A stretch of 64,000 bases of DNA from Pseudobutyrivibrio sp. (lineage in GTDB: Bacteria; Bacillota; Clostridia; Lachnospirales; Lachnospiraceae), in assembly GCF_017557435.1 (NCBI RefSeq), contig NZ_JAFYYR010000021.1; one strand, given 5' to 3'. Below are positions 54,977 through 64,000 of this stretch, piece by piece. A model generated the notes under the pieces. The model was not told the DNA's origin and ran no database searches. It was given only the letters and a program-made list of their open reading frames with translations. Both the position numbers and the translations under genes were made by a program. Within the stretch, counting starts at the first letter, position 1. Every line of letters starts with the position of its first letter.

Positions 54977-55053
54977 GGACTGCGGGGCGGGGCGTGAAGC
55001 ACGGGAAGACGCAGCCATTAAAGATTTGCCTTCGGCAAATGGGCTGCGTCGTG
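54977..55053. other. GC-rich (~60%) structured island between the prfA terminator and the lipoprotein promoter
   Basis: Stem GACGCAGCC (55008-55016) / GGCTGCGTC (55042-55050) enclosing hairpin ATTTGCC-TTC-GGCAAAT (55024-55040). Mini-hairpin CGTG-AAG-CACG (54993-55003). Preceded by GGGGCGGGGC. Confidence 0.6.
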
Positions 55054-55060
55054 GTAAATT

Positions 55061-55093
55061 AAAAAAGCCCTTGCAGTTGCAAGGGTCTTTTTT
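55061..55093. terminator. prfA terminator (bidirectional in form)
   Basis: A6-GCCCTTGCA-GT-TGCAAGGGT-CT6. Confidence 0.85.
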
Positions 55094-55096
55094 GAT

Positions 55097-56170
55097 TTAC
55101 TTCTCATTCATCTTAGCGAGCTTAGCAGCCTGATCAGCTGCAATAAGTGCATCTAATATTTCCTGGATATCTCCATCCATAATCTTATCAAGCTTGTAGA
55201 GTGTAAGGTTGATTCTGTGGTCTGTTACACGTCCCTGTGGGAAGTTGTAAGTACGAATCTTCTCAGCACGATCACCTGTACCAATCTGTGAGCGACGCTC
55301 TGCCGCCTCAGCATCCTGCTGCTTCTGCATCTCTAAATCATAGAGCTTTGCACGAAGAAGCGCGAAAGCCTTCTCTTTATTCTGAAGCTGTGACTTCTCA
55401 GTCTGGCTATAAATAACAATACCTGTTGGATAGTGAGTAAGACGTACAGCTGAGTCTGTTGTATTGACACACTGACCACCATTACCAGAAGCACGCATTA
55501 CGTCGATACGGATATCCTTCTCTTCGATCTGAACATCAACTTCCTCTGCCTCAGGCATAACTGCTACTGAACATGTAGAAGTCTGAATACGTCCCTGTGA
55601 CTCAGTCTCAGGAACACGCTGTACACGGTGTACACCTGACTCATACTTAAGAATTGAGTATGCACCAGTTCCCTTAACCATGAACTCGATGTTCTTCATA
55701 CCACCGATACCTGTCTCATCTGCCTCAAGAAGCTCTACCTTCCATCCGCGAGACTCTACATAATGTACATACATACGATATATCTCTGCTGCGAAAAGTG
55801 CTGCCTCTTCTCCACCGGCACCTGCTCTAATTTCCACGATAACGTTCTTGTCATCATTAGGGTCCTTAGGGAGAAGTAAAATCTTAAGTTCCTGCTCAAG
55901 GCGCTCTACCTCAGCCTGAGATTCCTTTAACTCTTCCTTGGCAAGCTCCTTCATCTCCTCATCAGACTCCATCTCAAGAAGCTCTAATGAATCCTCGATA
56001 TTCTGCTTGTGCTGTGCATATTGCTTGTATGCCTCAACGATAGGTGCAAGGTCTGACTGCTCCTTCATAAGAGCTCTAAATCTCGCATTATCATTGGCTA
56101 CATCTGGCTCAGAAAGAAGGTTCATAACCTCCTCGTATCTTAAAACCAAATCTTCTAATCTATCAAACAT
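55097..56170 (-). CDS. prfA: Peptide chain release factor 1
   Basis: 357 aa. GGQ loop [23 protein letters not shown]1-type N-terminus. Followed by prmC. Confidence 0.96.
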   Translation of the reverse strand: MFDRLEDLVLRYEEVMNLLSEPDVANDNARFRALMKEQSDLAPIVEAYKQYAQHKQNIEDSLELLEMESDEEMKELAKEELKESQAEVERLEQELKILLLPKDPNDDKNVIVEIRAGAGGEEAALFAAEIYRMYVHYVESRGWKVELLEADETGIGGMKNIEFMVKGTGAYSILKYESGVHRVQRVPETESQGRIQTSTCSVAVMPEAEEVDVQIEEKDIRIDVMRASGNGGQCVNTTDSAVRLTHYPTGIVIYSQTEKSQLQNKEKAFALLRAKLYDLEMQKQQDAEAAERRSQIGTGDRAEKIRTYNFPQGRVTDHRINLTLYKLDKIMDGDIQEILDALIAADQAAKLAKMNEK

Positions 56171-56225
56171 TCCTATACCTCCGTAAAATCAATCAATGAA
56201 CTGTAACTAATCAAATATAGAGAAG

Positions 56226-57056
56226 CTACAAATGTCCCTTGACGACACGATCATTTCCTGCCAAATCCTTAATAACCTCTACTTCTTTAAATCCATTATC
56301 TATAAACAACTGAGAAACTGACTCTCCTTGGTCATATCCAATCTCAACCAAAAGCCAGCCCCCCTCATTTAAATAATCAGGGGATTTTTCTGTTATCTTT
56401 CTATAGAAAAGCAATCCATCTTCTGTACCATCTAAAGCAAGTCTAGGCTCATGATCCTTAACCTCAGGCTCAAGCTCCTCAATAACCTGCGATGGAATAT
56501 ATGGTGGATTGGAAACTATACAGTTATATTTACCTGCCACAGAACTAAATAGGTCACTGTGGATAAATTCAACTCTATCTCCAGCTAATCTGGCGCCATT
56601 GTCCTTTGCAACTGCAAGGGCTTCATCAGAAATATCCACCCCGACTCCAGTTAGCTCTTTTCCTAAAACAACAAGTGAAATAATAACACATCCACTGCCG
56701 GTGCACAAATCCAAAATTCGGCTTTTTTCAGGTATAACTTTTAGTGCCTGTTCAACAAGTGTCTCTGTGTCCTGACGTGGAATCAAAACATGCTCATTAA
56801 CCCTAAAAGTAAGGCCCATAAAATCCTGCTCACCAGTAATATGCTGAAGAGGAATATGACTACCTCGACGAGAAAGAGCCTCCTGATATCTAGCATAAGA
56901 CTCTTCATCTATTGCATCATTTTGTCTCAAAAAATAGTCAGCTCTAGTAATACCTGTGATAAATGAAAGCAAATACCAGGCATCTATTTTAGCATCGCCT
57001 ATATTATTTGATTCAAGCAATAAAACGCCCTCATCCAAAGCCTGCTTAAGTGTCAT
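56226..57056 (-). CDS. prmC: Release-factor glutamine N5-methyltransferase
   Basis: 276 aa. SAM motif ILDLCTGSG, catalytic NPPY (VSNPPYIP). Confidence 0.94.
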   Translation of the reverse strand: MTLKQALDEGVLLLESNNIGDAKIDAWYLLSFITGITRADYFLRQNDAIDEESYARYQEALSRRGSHIPLQHITGEQDFMGLTFRVNEHVLIPRQDTETLVEQALKVIPEKSRILDLCTGSGCVIISLVVLGKELTGVGVDISDEALAVAKDNGARLAGDRVEFIHSDLFSSVAGKYNCIVSNPPYIPSQVIEELEPEVKDHEPRLALDGTEDGLLFYRKITEKSPDYLNEGGWLLVEIGYDQGESVSQLFIDNGFKEVEVIKDLAGNDRVVKGHL

Positions 57057-57986
57057 TTAAAAACACTCCTTGTTCTTCTCAATAAAATCATGCCAATCAA
57101 AGACTGCCTCTACTGAAGCTATACCAACCTCAATCATGTCGTCATCTGGCTCCATAACCGTAAGACGCTGCAGCCAAAGTCCTGGCTTTGAAAAAATATC
57201 AACAAACTTATTCTCATGACGTCCTGCAAGCCTGATAAACTCGTAAGAGATACCTGCAATAACAGGAATCAAAAGCAATCGAGCCAAAAGCTTAATCCAG
57301 GTATTGTCAAAAGAAATAAACATAAATACAAATACAGAAATAATAAAAACTATAAATATAAAGCTGGTACCACATCTCTTGTGAAATCTGGTAGCTCCTC
57401 TAACATTGTCAACAGTAAGAGGAAGTCCTGCCTCTACACAATTAATGCACTTGTGCTCTGCACCATGGTACATAAATGTGCGCTTTATATCTTCCATTCT
57501 GGAAATAACAACTATATATCCAATAAAGATAGCGATTCTAATAATGCCCTCCACAAAAGCAATAACTGCATTTGATAGAGCAAAATGGTTAAGGCCCATA
57601 GCAATAAAATATGGCAGTGCAAAGAAAATACCAAGAGCAAGGGCAAAAGAAACAACTAGTGTGCCTCCTATTTCAGCCTTCTCTTTTCTCTCTAGCTTCT
57701 TAAGTTCCTCTTCAGAGAGCTTAGACTTATCAACTGCCTCCTCTTCATCCTCAAAAAAGCTAGCTGAATACATAAGAGTGCCAATACCAATAACAAGGGA
57801 CTCTATAAAAGAAACCACTCCTCTGATAATTGGAATCTTATGCCAGATATCATTTATATCTTTTGTATTTTTAACATCAACGACTATTTCCTTGTCTGGC
57901 TTCCTGACAGCAACAGCATATTGCTTACCATTGCGCATCATAACGCCTTCCATAACAGCCTGACCGCCTATACCCGAATATTTCAT
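57057..57986 (-). CDS. DUF1385 (YqhQ-like) membrane protein
   Basis: 309 aa. GGQAVMEGVMMR start and HGAEHK motif. Conserved position between rpmE and prmC. Confidence 0.85.
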   Translation of the reverse strand: MKYSGIGGQAVMEGVMMRNGKQYAVAVRKPDKEIVVDVKNTKDINDIWHKIPIIRGVVSFIESLVIGIGTLMYSASFFEDEEEAVDKSKLSEEELKKLERKEKAEIGGTLVVSFALALGIFFALPYFIAMGLNHFALSNAVIAFVEGIIRIAIFIGYIVVISRMEDIKRTFMYHGAEHKCINCVEAGLPLTVDNVRGATRFHKRCGTSFIFIVFIISVFVFMFISFDNTWIKLLARLLLIPVIAGISYEFIRLAGRHENKFVDIFSKPGLWLQRLTVMEPDDDMIEVGIASVEAVFDWHDFIEKNKECF

Positions 57987-58053
57987 TGCCTCTCCTTAAC
58001 GTAATAAAGGGCTGAGACAATTCATCTCAACCCTTAAATGTCCATACTAAAGA

Positions 58054-58260
58054 CTACTTTGCGTCAATACCATACTTCTTATTGAACTTATCAATACGTC
58101 CACGAGCCTGTGTAGCTTTCTGCTGGCCTGTGTAAAATGGATGGCACTTAGAACAAATTTCTACGTGGATGCTCTCCTTTGTAGAACCTGTTACGAATGT
58201 GTTACCGCAGTTGCAAGTAACTGTAGCCTGATAATAATCTGGATGGATACCCTGTCTCAT
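58054..58260 (-). CDS. rpmE: 50S ribosomal protein L31 (zinc-binding type A)
   Basis: 68 aa. [13 protein letters not shown]...[10 protein letters not shown]. Confidence 0.96.
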   Translation of the reverse strand: MRQGIHPDYYQATVTCNCGNTFVTGSTKESIHVEICSKCHPFYTGQQKATQARGRIDKFNKKYGIDAK

Positions 58261-58470
58261 TTAGTTCACCTCTCATTTAATAATGTTTACAATTTCCAAC
58301 TGTAAGTGTGAGATAAAATCTCGAAAGTACTGTTAAATGCGAGGTCCTCGCATTTCATCCCGATTAACAGCTCTATAACTATAACATGCCCAATCACAAA
58401 AATCAAGCACTTTCTGGTCGACAGTTACATAGACAATACTGATGCCTATTACTGTCTCCTCAGAATAATC

Positions 58471-58986
58471 CTAGGTCATAAGAATGTCCATAATAGACAT
58501 GTACACATCATCTGACTTCACTTTCCAATTGTTGCAAAGGGTCTCTGCCTGCTCCTTGGATGCCACATGGAAGGATAAATCCATTGTAGGCACATCATTT
58601 TCAGTGATGCGAAGCTGTACCACATAACCGCCTCTATCCGCCTTGAAATAGGTGGCCTTGTAGGAATTCTCTTCCTTCATGGTTATGGAGTTAGCCTTTA
58701 AATATTTATTAATATCCTTAGAAAGGGCTGGAGTAATTTTCTCCTTAAAAAGCTCAAGTGTCTTTTTGCCCTCTTCTGTGATGGAATAAGTTGTGTTGTT
58801 GTGATTAGTGGTGGAAACAATAAGTCCTGCATCCTCATCATCACTAATAGCCTGCTGGGCTGTAAAATAGTCGGTCAAATCTCCCTCTAAAAAGAAATCT
58901 GTAATCTGACTATTGCTAAGCGGGAAACCACTTCGTTGAAGTAATTCTAGTATTGTAATCTTGTATATCATGGTTGGTTCAGCCAT
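58471..58986 (-). CDS. DUF4364-like (PadR-type winged-helix) protein
   Basis: 171 aa. IYKITILELLQRSGFPLSNSQITDFFLE is typical of clostridial DUF4364. GGAGGGGGA SD. Confidence 0.75.
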   Translation of the reverse strand: MAEPTMIYKITILELLQRSGFPLSNSQITDFFLEGDLTDYFTAQQAISDDEDAGLIVSTTNHNNTTYSITEEGKKTLELFKEKITPALSKDINKYLKANSITMKEENSYKATYFKADRGGYVVQLRITENDVPTMDLSFHVASKEQAETLCNNWKVKSDDVYMSIMDILMT

Positions 58987-59066
58987 GGTATCCCCCTCCT
59001 TGTGTAACTAAAAATATATCTAAAAATCAAAGAAGCCAGCTGCTAAAAAATAGCTAAGCCTATCCT

Positions 59067-60218
59067 CTATTTACATGCCTTGATAGCATTTGCAACGGCA
59101 ACAGCTACTCTTGGATCGAAAGCTTCTGGAAGGATAAAGTCATCTGATAACTGACTGTCCTCTACAAGACCTGCAATAGCATTGGCTGCTGCAAGCTTCA
59201 TCTCCTCTGTGATAGCTGTAGCTCTACACTCTAGAGCACCTCTGAAAATACCAGGGAATGCAACTACATTGTTGACCTGATTTGGGAAATCAGAACGACC
59301 TGTACCGATGATTCTAGCTCCTGCTTCCTTGGCAAGGTCAGGCATAATCTCAGGTGTTGGGTTAGCCATAGCAAAAAGAATTGAATCCTTAGCCATTGAA
59401 GCTACCATCTCCTTAGAAACGATACCTGGTGCTGAAACACCTACGAAAATATCTGCCCCAACTAAAGCATCTGCTAATGTACCTGTCTTATGAGAAAGGT
59501 TAGTAACCTTTGTCATCTCCTTCTGCATCCAGTTAAGGTCTGGATAGTCTGGTCCAATAATGCCCTGACGGTCACACATTGTAACATCCTTAAATCCATA
59601 TCTAAGGAGAAGCTTTGTAATAGCAACGCCTGCAGAACCTGCACCGTTAACAACTACCTTGCATGACTCCTTGTCCTTGCCAACAACCTTAAGAGCATTG
59701 ATGATACCGGCAAGAACAACAATAGCTGTACCGTGCTGATCATCATGGAATACTGGAATATCTAATTCCTTTTTAAGTCTCTCCTCGATTTCAAAACATC
59801 TAGGAGCTGAAATATCTTCAAGATTGATTCCACCAAATGTAGGTGCAATAGCCTTAACAGCTGCTACAATCTCGTCAGGATCCTGAGTATCTAAAACGAT
59901 AGGGAATGCATTGACACCGCCAAACTCTTTGAAAAGTACACACTTACCCTCCATAACAGGCATGGCTGCAAGTGGTCCAATATTGCCAAGACCAAGTACA
60001 GCAGAACCGTCAGATACAACCGCTACTGTATTTGCCTTAAGGGTGTAATTGTAAGCCTGCTCGCTGTCCTCTGCAATAATGCGACAAGGAGCTGCTACAC
60101 CTGGTGTGTAAGCGATTGATAAATCCTCTCTGTTCTTAACTGGTGCTTTTGAAGTGGTCTCGATTTTTCCGTTCCACTGCTTGTGTAAAAATACTGCTGT
60201 TTCGTCAATTGATGCCAT
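59067..60218 (-). CDS. NAD(P)-dependent malic enzyme (short form)
   Basis: 383 aa. LSIAYTPGVA, FHDDQHGTAIV, NGAGSAGVAI. Confidence 0.93.
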   Translation of the reverse strand: MASIDETAVFLHKQWNGKIETTSKAPVKNREDLSIAYTPGVAAPCRIIAEDSEQAYNYTLKANTVAVVSDGSAVLGLGNIGPLAAMPVMEGKCVLFKEFGGVNAFPIVLDTQDPDEIVAAVKAIAPTFGGINLEDISAPRCFEIEERLKKELDIPVFHDDQHGTAIVVLAGIINALKVVGKDKESCKVVVNGAGSAGVAITKLLLRYGFKDVTMCDRQGIIGPDYPDLNWMQKEMTKVTNLSHKTGTLADALVGADIFVGVSAPGIVSKEMVASMAKDSILFAMANPTPEIMPDLAKEAGARIIGTGRSDFPNQVNNVVAFPGIFRGALECRATAITEEMKLAAANAIAGLVEDSQLSDDFILPEAFDPRVAVAVANAIKACK

Positions 60219-60252
60219 GACATTCTCCCTTCTATAAATAAATCAGTTGAAT

Positions 60253-60337
60253 AACTGCCATTATAATTGCCTACGGCAATGGGCAGTTTAATGTATTAAG
60301 AAATCTTCCCTAAAGGGCCCCTTCTTAATACATTAAA
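60253..60337 (-). other. Two consecutive strong hairpins starting at the rho stop codon, without U-tract
   Basis: 16-bp perfect stem TTTAATGTATTAAGAA (60287-60302) / TTCTTAATACATTAAA (60322-60337) with a 19-nt loop. A second hairpin AACTGCCATT...AATGGGCAGTT lies at 60253-60288. Confidence 0.6.
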
Positions 60338-61775
60338 TAACTCTTTTTCTAATTACCATATCAATATACTCATCATTGTTCTTAGTATGAGCGAACATGT
60401 TAAGTATAGTCTCTATAGCATCCTCTTTTCGAGCACTGTTAATAGCTCTACGCATGATTTCCATTGCGTCAAGCTCCTTTGGCGAAAGAAGTAAGTTTTC
60501 GTTACGTGTGCCCGAACCTGTAATATCAATAGCTGGGAAAATACGCTTCTCTGAAAGCTTTCTATCAAGGACAAGTTCCATATTACCAGTTCCCTTGAAT
60601 TCCTCGAATACTACATCGTCCATCTTTGAACCTGTATCAACAAGTGCTGTAGCAAGGATTGTAAGTGAACCGCCCTCTCTCATATTTCTGGCAGCACCAA
60701 AGAATTTCTTTGGCATATGAAGCGCTGCTGGATCAAGACCACCGGAAAGTGTACGGCCAGATGGCTGTACTGTCAGGTTGTATGCACGGGCAAGTCTTGT
60801 AATAGAGTCAAGAAGAATCATAACATCCTGACCATGCTCAACAAGACGTCTTGCTCTTTCAATAACCATCTCAGCAACTCTCTTGTGGTGCTCTGGGCTT
60901 TCATCAAATGTAGAATAGATAACCTCTACATTTTTGCTGTTTCTCATTGTGTCCTTCATATCTGTAACTTCCTCTGGACGCTCATCAATGAGAAGAATAA
61001 TAAGGTGCATATCTGGATGTGTGTAATTAACAGATGTTGCCACCTCTTTTAAAAGTGTAGTTTTACCAGCCTTTGGCTGAGAAACAATCATACCACGCTG
61101 TCCCTTACCAATTGGGCTCACCAAATCAACGATACGCATAGCTACAGAGCTATGTGGACGCTCGAGACGAATTCTCTCATTTGGGAAAACCGGTGTAAGG
61201 TCCTCGAAATTAGGTCGCTTAGTAGCAGCCTCTGGTGAATAATTATTAATAGTATCAATAATCATCAAGGCAGCAAACTTATCAGTAGGATTGTTAAAGC
61301 GCTTCTTTCCTACGATAATATCTCCTGTCTTAAGGTTAAACTTCTTAATCTGTGACTGACTAACATACACATCTTCCGTTCCTGGCATGTAGTTGTCACA
61401 ACGAATAAATCCAAAGCCATCCCCCATTACCTCTAGGATACCGCGAGCTGGAATAAGTCCATCAGTAGGAATATCTGCTGGAATCTCACCCTTCTCACCA
61501 TTTGAAACAGGCTTTTCTGCTCTATCTGAACGCTCAGGTCTATCTGTAGGCCCCTCTGGTCGTCTAGGTCTTCTAGGAGCTGCCGCTCTAGGTGTTTTCT
61601 CTTCTTTTTCTGTTTCTGCTGTAGTTGCCTCTGCTTTTGCTGCATCGATTTCGTCCTGTGCAAGCATAGCTTCTACTAATTCAGCTTTCTTCATAGAGGA
61701 TGCGCCTTTTATTCCTCTAGCTTTAGCTAAATCACGTAATACGGCAACAGCTAAACTCTCGTATTTTTCTCTCAT
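60333..61775 (-). CDS. rho: Transcription termination factor Rho with Arg/Pro/Glu-rich N-terminal insertion
   Basis: 480 aa. Rho_N (LRDLAKARGIKGASSMKKAELV), ~70-aa charged insert, Walker A PKAGKTTLL, C-terminal RKRVI-type end. Confidence 0.96.
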   Translation of the reverse strand: MREKYESLAVAVLRDLAKARGIKGASSMKKAELVEAMLAQDEIDAAKAEATTAETEKEEKTPRAAAPRRPRRPEGPTDRPERSDRAEKPVSNGEKGEIPADIPTDGLIPARGILEVMGDGFGFIRCDNYMPGTEDVYVSQSQIKKFNLKTGDIIVGKKRFNNPTDKFAALMIIDTINNYSPEAATKRPNFEDLTPVFPNERIRLERPHSSVAMRIVDLVSPIGKGQRGMIVSQPKAGKTTLLKEVATSVNYTHPDMHLIILLIDERPEEVTDMKDTMRNSKNVEVIYSTFDESPEHHKRVAEMVIERARRLVEHGQDVMILLDSITRLARAYNLTVQPSGRTLSGGLDPAALHMPKKFFGAARNMREGGSLTILATALVDTGSKMDDVVFEEFKGTGNMELVLDRKLSEKRIFPAIDITGSGTRNENLLLSPKELDAMEIMRRAINSARKEDAIETILNMFAHTKNNDEYIDMVIRKRVI

Positions 61776-61904
61776 TCATCTCTCCTTAAAAAAATTTAAC
61801 AACATTTAACATTTTGTGGAATTAAAAGTCGAATCGACTAATGAATTAAACTTTGATGATAAATGCATTATATACTCAAATCCCACTTCTGTAAACAATT
61901 AAAA

Positions 61905-63857
61905 TTAGGCTAATCTCTTGCCCTTTTTCTCAAAGAAATCCTGAACTGTCTCTACAGGAACTGGTTTTGCAAAGCGATAACCCTGGATATATTCAAATCC
62001 AAGTTTTATAGAAAGCATCTCTTGTTTCTCGCTCTCAACGCCCTCTACAAGCACTACTAGTCCATGATTCTTAAACATATCTACCATGTTCTGAATCAGC
62101 TGCATAAGTATTGGATCATCCTCTGATTTATACAGAAGTGTCTTATCAAATTTAATAGTCTTAAATGGCAAGCTAACAATACGCTCTAGATTAGAGTAAC
62201 CTGTTCCAAAATCATCTAGATAGAAATGAACTCCCGCATTGTTAAACTCTTCCATGTTGTGAGCGATGGCATCATACTCATCGCTTGTCATAGTCTCTGT
62301 CATTTCAAGACGAATCTTTTCACATGGCACACCATTTCGCTTAATTATCTCTATAAGCTCATCATGGAGATTGTAATCCATAAACTCTGACAGAGAAACA
62401 TTTACAGAGACAGCATCAAAATCATAGTAATCCTGAATCTCATAAATTCTCTTACATACCTTGTTAAGAATGATTCTTGTAAGTGTATGCACACAACCAA
62501 CTTTCTCAGCCAAAGGAATAAAAATATCTGGCAAAATAATATCCCCATCAACATCAAGTCTCATAAGAGACTCAGCATTTCTATATCCGCCGTTTAATAC
62601 ATCAAATATAGGCTGAACATAAACAATTACTCTAGGGTCTTCTAGATTGTCCTTGTTTCTGATATCAACAATTACTCGCTCGATACGTCTGATTTCCATG
62701 CAATCAGCATAATCCTCAGGAGTAGCCTCATAGCAATTGCTCTTCTTAAGCTTCTCGTGACCGAATAAAAATCCACTGTATGATGCAAGGTCATTGATAG
62801 TGCCAATTGTATTAGCATGGTCGATTACAACCATTTTGTACTCAGGTCTATTAGAGTATTCCCAATTCATCATAGTCTCATCAAGTCTCTTTTTAACGTA
62901 CTTGATGGTATCCTTGGTCTCAAAATCAGACACACGCTCAAAAATAATAGCGTATGTATAATCATTAATCTGATATAAAAAGGCTCTCTTGTTTTTAGTC
63001 TCAAGAGCGTGAATCTCTGTGGACATCTTGGATTTAACCACATCCATAAGCTCTATATTTTCCACAATCTCAAGCCTTGGCAACTTAATATAGATTACAG
63101 CGCACTCTTTTTTCTTGGCCTTAAGAGTAGAAAAATGTGATTCAAAGGCCAATTTATTCTGGCAACCTGTAACCTCATCAAACAAAATACTATGGAAAAT
63201 GATATAGCATAAAATGAATGGCAATACGTAAGTAACACTTAAGAATACCTGCTTAGGATGGCTCAACTGAAAAAGCAAAAGAACCAACTCCACAGGTATA
63301 AACATATAAAGATATTTCATGACAATCTTTGGTATTGCATCTCTGTTAGCAATAACCGATAGTGTCACCAAAAACAGATTCACAATTGCAAAGATAATAT
63401 TGCAGTTAAAAAGTCTTGTGAATACATATCCATCACCATCTATTTTAATATAAGCATCTGTAATATATACGCCACCCACAGTAAGCATATATGCTGCTGC
63501 CATAATAATTATTAAAATGTTAAGAAAATCTCGATTTTCTCGCTGCTTAACACTGAGAAGATGTATATATGAAAACAGATGGGTAAGTATACCAAGATAT
63601 GAAACGTAGTAGAGCATCACCACTATTCTAAAAGCAATACCCTGTAAAGAAGTAGAAAAGTCCAGCAGTAAAATGCTGGAAATGTGTAGAACAATATTAG
63701 CTATAGATAAAAGTTGGCCATAAAATACGACAGAAAACACAGCGGTCTGTCTAGGACGACTAACCACTGTAAGATAAAACACCGCAAGGGCGAATATTAA
63801 ATCAATTTCTTCTGCCGCAATATTATAGCCATTAAAAGTCATAGTGCATTGCCTCAT
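61905..63857 (-). CDS. Polytopic membrane protein with degenerate GGDEF-like middle domain and EAL c-di-GMP phosphodiesterase domain
   Basis: 650 aa with ~8 N-terminal TM. EAL-domain blocks QPIFD...AESLMRL, DDFGTGYSNL, EGVE. No GG(D/E)EF motif in the middle domain. Start may be the ATG at 63842. Confidence 0.85.
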   Translation of the reverse strand: MRQCTMTFNGYNIAAEEIDLIFALAVFYLTVVSRPRQTAVFSVVFYGQLLSIANIVLHISSILLLDFSTSLQGIAFRIVVMLYYVSYLGILTHLFSYIHLLSVKQRENRDFLNILIIIMAAAYMLTVGGVYITDAYIKIDGDGYVFTRLFNCNIIFAIVNLFLVTLSVIANRDAIPKIVMKYLYMFIPVELVLLLFQLSHPKQVFLSVTYVLPFILCYIIFHSILFDEVTGCQNKLAFESHFSTLKAKKKECAVIYIKLPRLEIVENIELMDVVKSKMSTEIHALETKNKRAFLYQINDYTYAIIFERVSDFETKDTIKYVKKRLDETMMNWEYSNRPEYKMVVIDHANTIGTINDLASYSGFLFGHEKLKKSNCYEATPEDYADCMEIRRIERVIVDIRNKDNLEDPRVIVYVQPIFDVLNGGYRNAESLMRLDVDGDIILPDIFIPLAEKVGCVHTLTRIILNKVCKRIYEIQDYYDFDAVSVNVSLSEFMDYNLHDELIEIIKRNGVPCEKIRLEMTETMTSDEYDAIAHNMEEFNNAGVHFYLDDFGTGYSNLERIVSLPFKTIKFDKTLLYKSEDDPILMQLIQNMVDMFKNHGLVVLVEGVESEKQEMLSIKLGFEYIQGYRFAKPVPVETVQDFFEKKGKRLA

Positions 63858-63871
63858 ACTTATTATTTTAG

Positions 63872-64000
63872 CTATTCCTGCAGAGACTCCATGATAGCTG
63901 GAATAAGCTGTTTCTTACGAGAAACAACTCCCTTTAAGACATAACTCTCTGCAGCAACAGGCATTCTAAAAGCATCGGCAATTATTTTGTCAGCCTCCCC
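63872..64000 (-). CDS. C-terminal 42 codons of an unidentified protein (gene continues beyond right edge)
   Basis: Own translation, open from base 64000 to TAG at 63872-63874 (...GEADKIIADAFRMPVAAESYVLKGVVSRKKQLIPAIMESLQE*). Family not recognised. Confidence 0.5.
   Translation of the reverse strand, partial: GEADKIIADAFRMPVAAESYVLKGVVSRKKQLIPAIMESLQE

Noticed and set aside
54984-55006. G-quadruplex formed by the GGGGCGGGGC...GGG runs (and GGGGACGGGG at 23705)
   Set aside because: Only two to three G-runs are present per site, and four are needed for an intramolecular quadruplex.
55097-56170. Programmed +1 frameshift of a release-factor gene
   Set aside because: The gene is RF1 (prfA, adjacent to prmC) and is a single uninterrupted frame. 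The frameshift is a feature of prfB.

Overview
64-kb chromosomal segment of a low-GC (about 40%) Firmicute. Gene content suggests a motile, saccharolytic Clostridia/Lachnospiraceae-type organism, but that is inference only. I support about 60 protein-coding features, and all but four are on the minus strand. From left to right the window contains:
- a 7TM receptor fragment, a TPR protein and a secreted protein
- an OhrR-like MarR / thioredoxin / NADPH-motif-less thioredoxin-reductase operon
- a chemoreceptor, a PTS-EIIC-like permease and a beta-helix lipoprotein
- a complete beta-glucoside operon: licT, RAT/terminator, PTS EIIBCA, GH1 phospho-beta-glucosidase and a HAD phosphatase
- transporters (MFS, SNF, ZIP, MATE), a zinc-ribbon surface protein and a DUF815 ATPase
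- a YjbR-MGMT fusion
- a 0.9-kb non-coding decay zone
- rpsI-rplM
- a trehalose PTS operon (treR-treP-treA) wedged between truA and rplM
- ecfT and a fused ecfA1-A2, trmL, and an aminotransferase/AsnC/AIR-synthase-like cluster
- VanW, two GH3 beta-glucosidases with GtrA, and a LytTR two-component system
- prfA-prmC-DUF1385-rpmE, malic enzyme, rho, and an EAL phosphodiesterase

I found no rRNA, tRNA, CRISPR array, transposase, integrase, phage gene or recognisable defence or toxin system. I therefore cannot point to a novel protein-based system.

The unexplained material is non-coding or very small:
1. A family of about 84-nt hairpin repeats with compensatory stem changes, placed just upstream of start codons (four full copies and one stub).
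2. A 353-bp array of six TGCATCCCAAA...TTTGGGATGCAT inverted-repeat units.
3. A GC-rich CCCCGTCCCC-type motif. One inverted pair of it brackets a two-gene cassette, and there are weaker copies elsewhere.
4. A GC-rich structured about 80-nt island next to prfA.
5. Unannotated small ORFs: a 33-aa ORF ahead of the ZIP transporter, and a 16-aa duplicate of a zinc-ribbon gene start.

All coordinates were cross-checked against ORF-track boundaries. All family assignments come from motif recognition by eye, not from searches.
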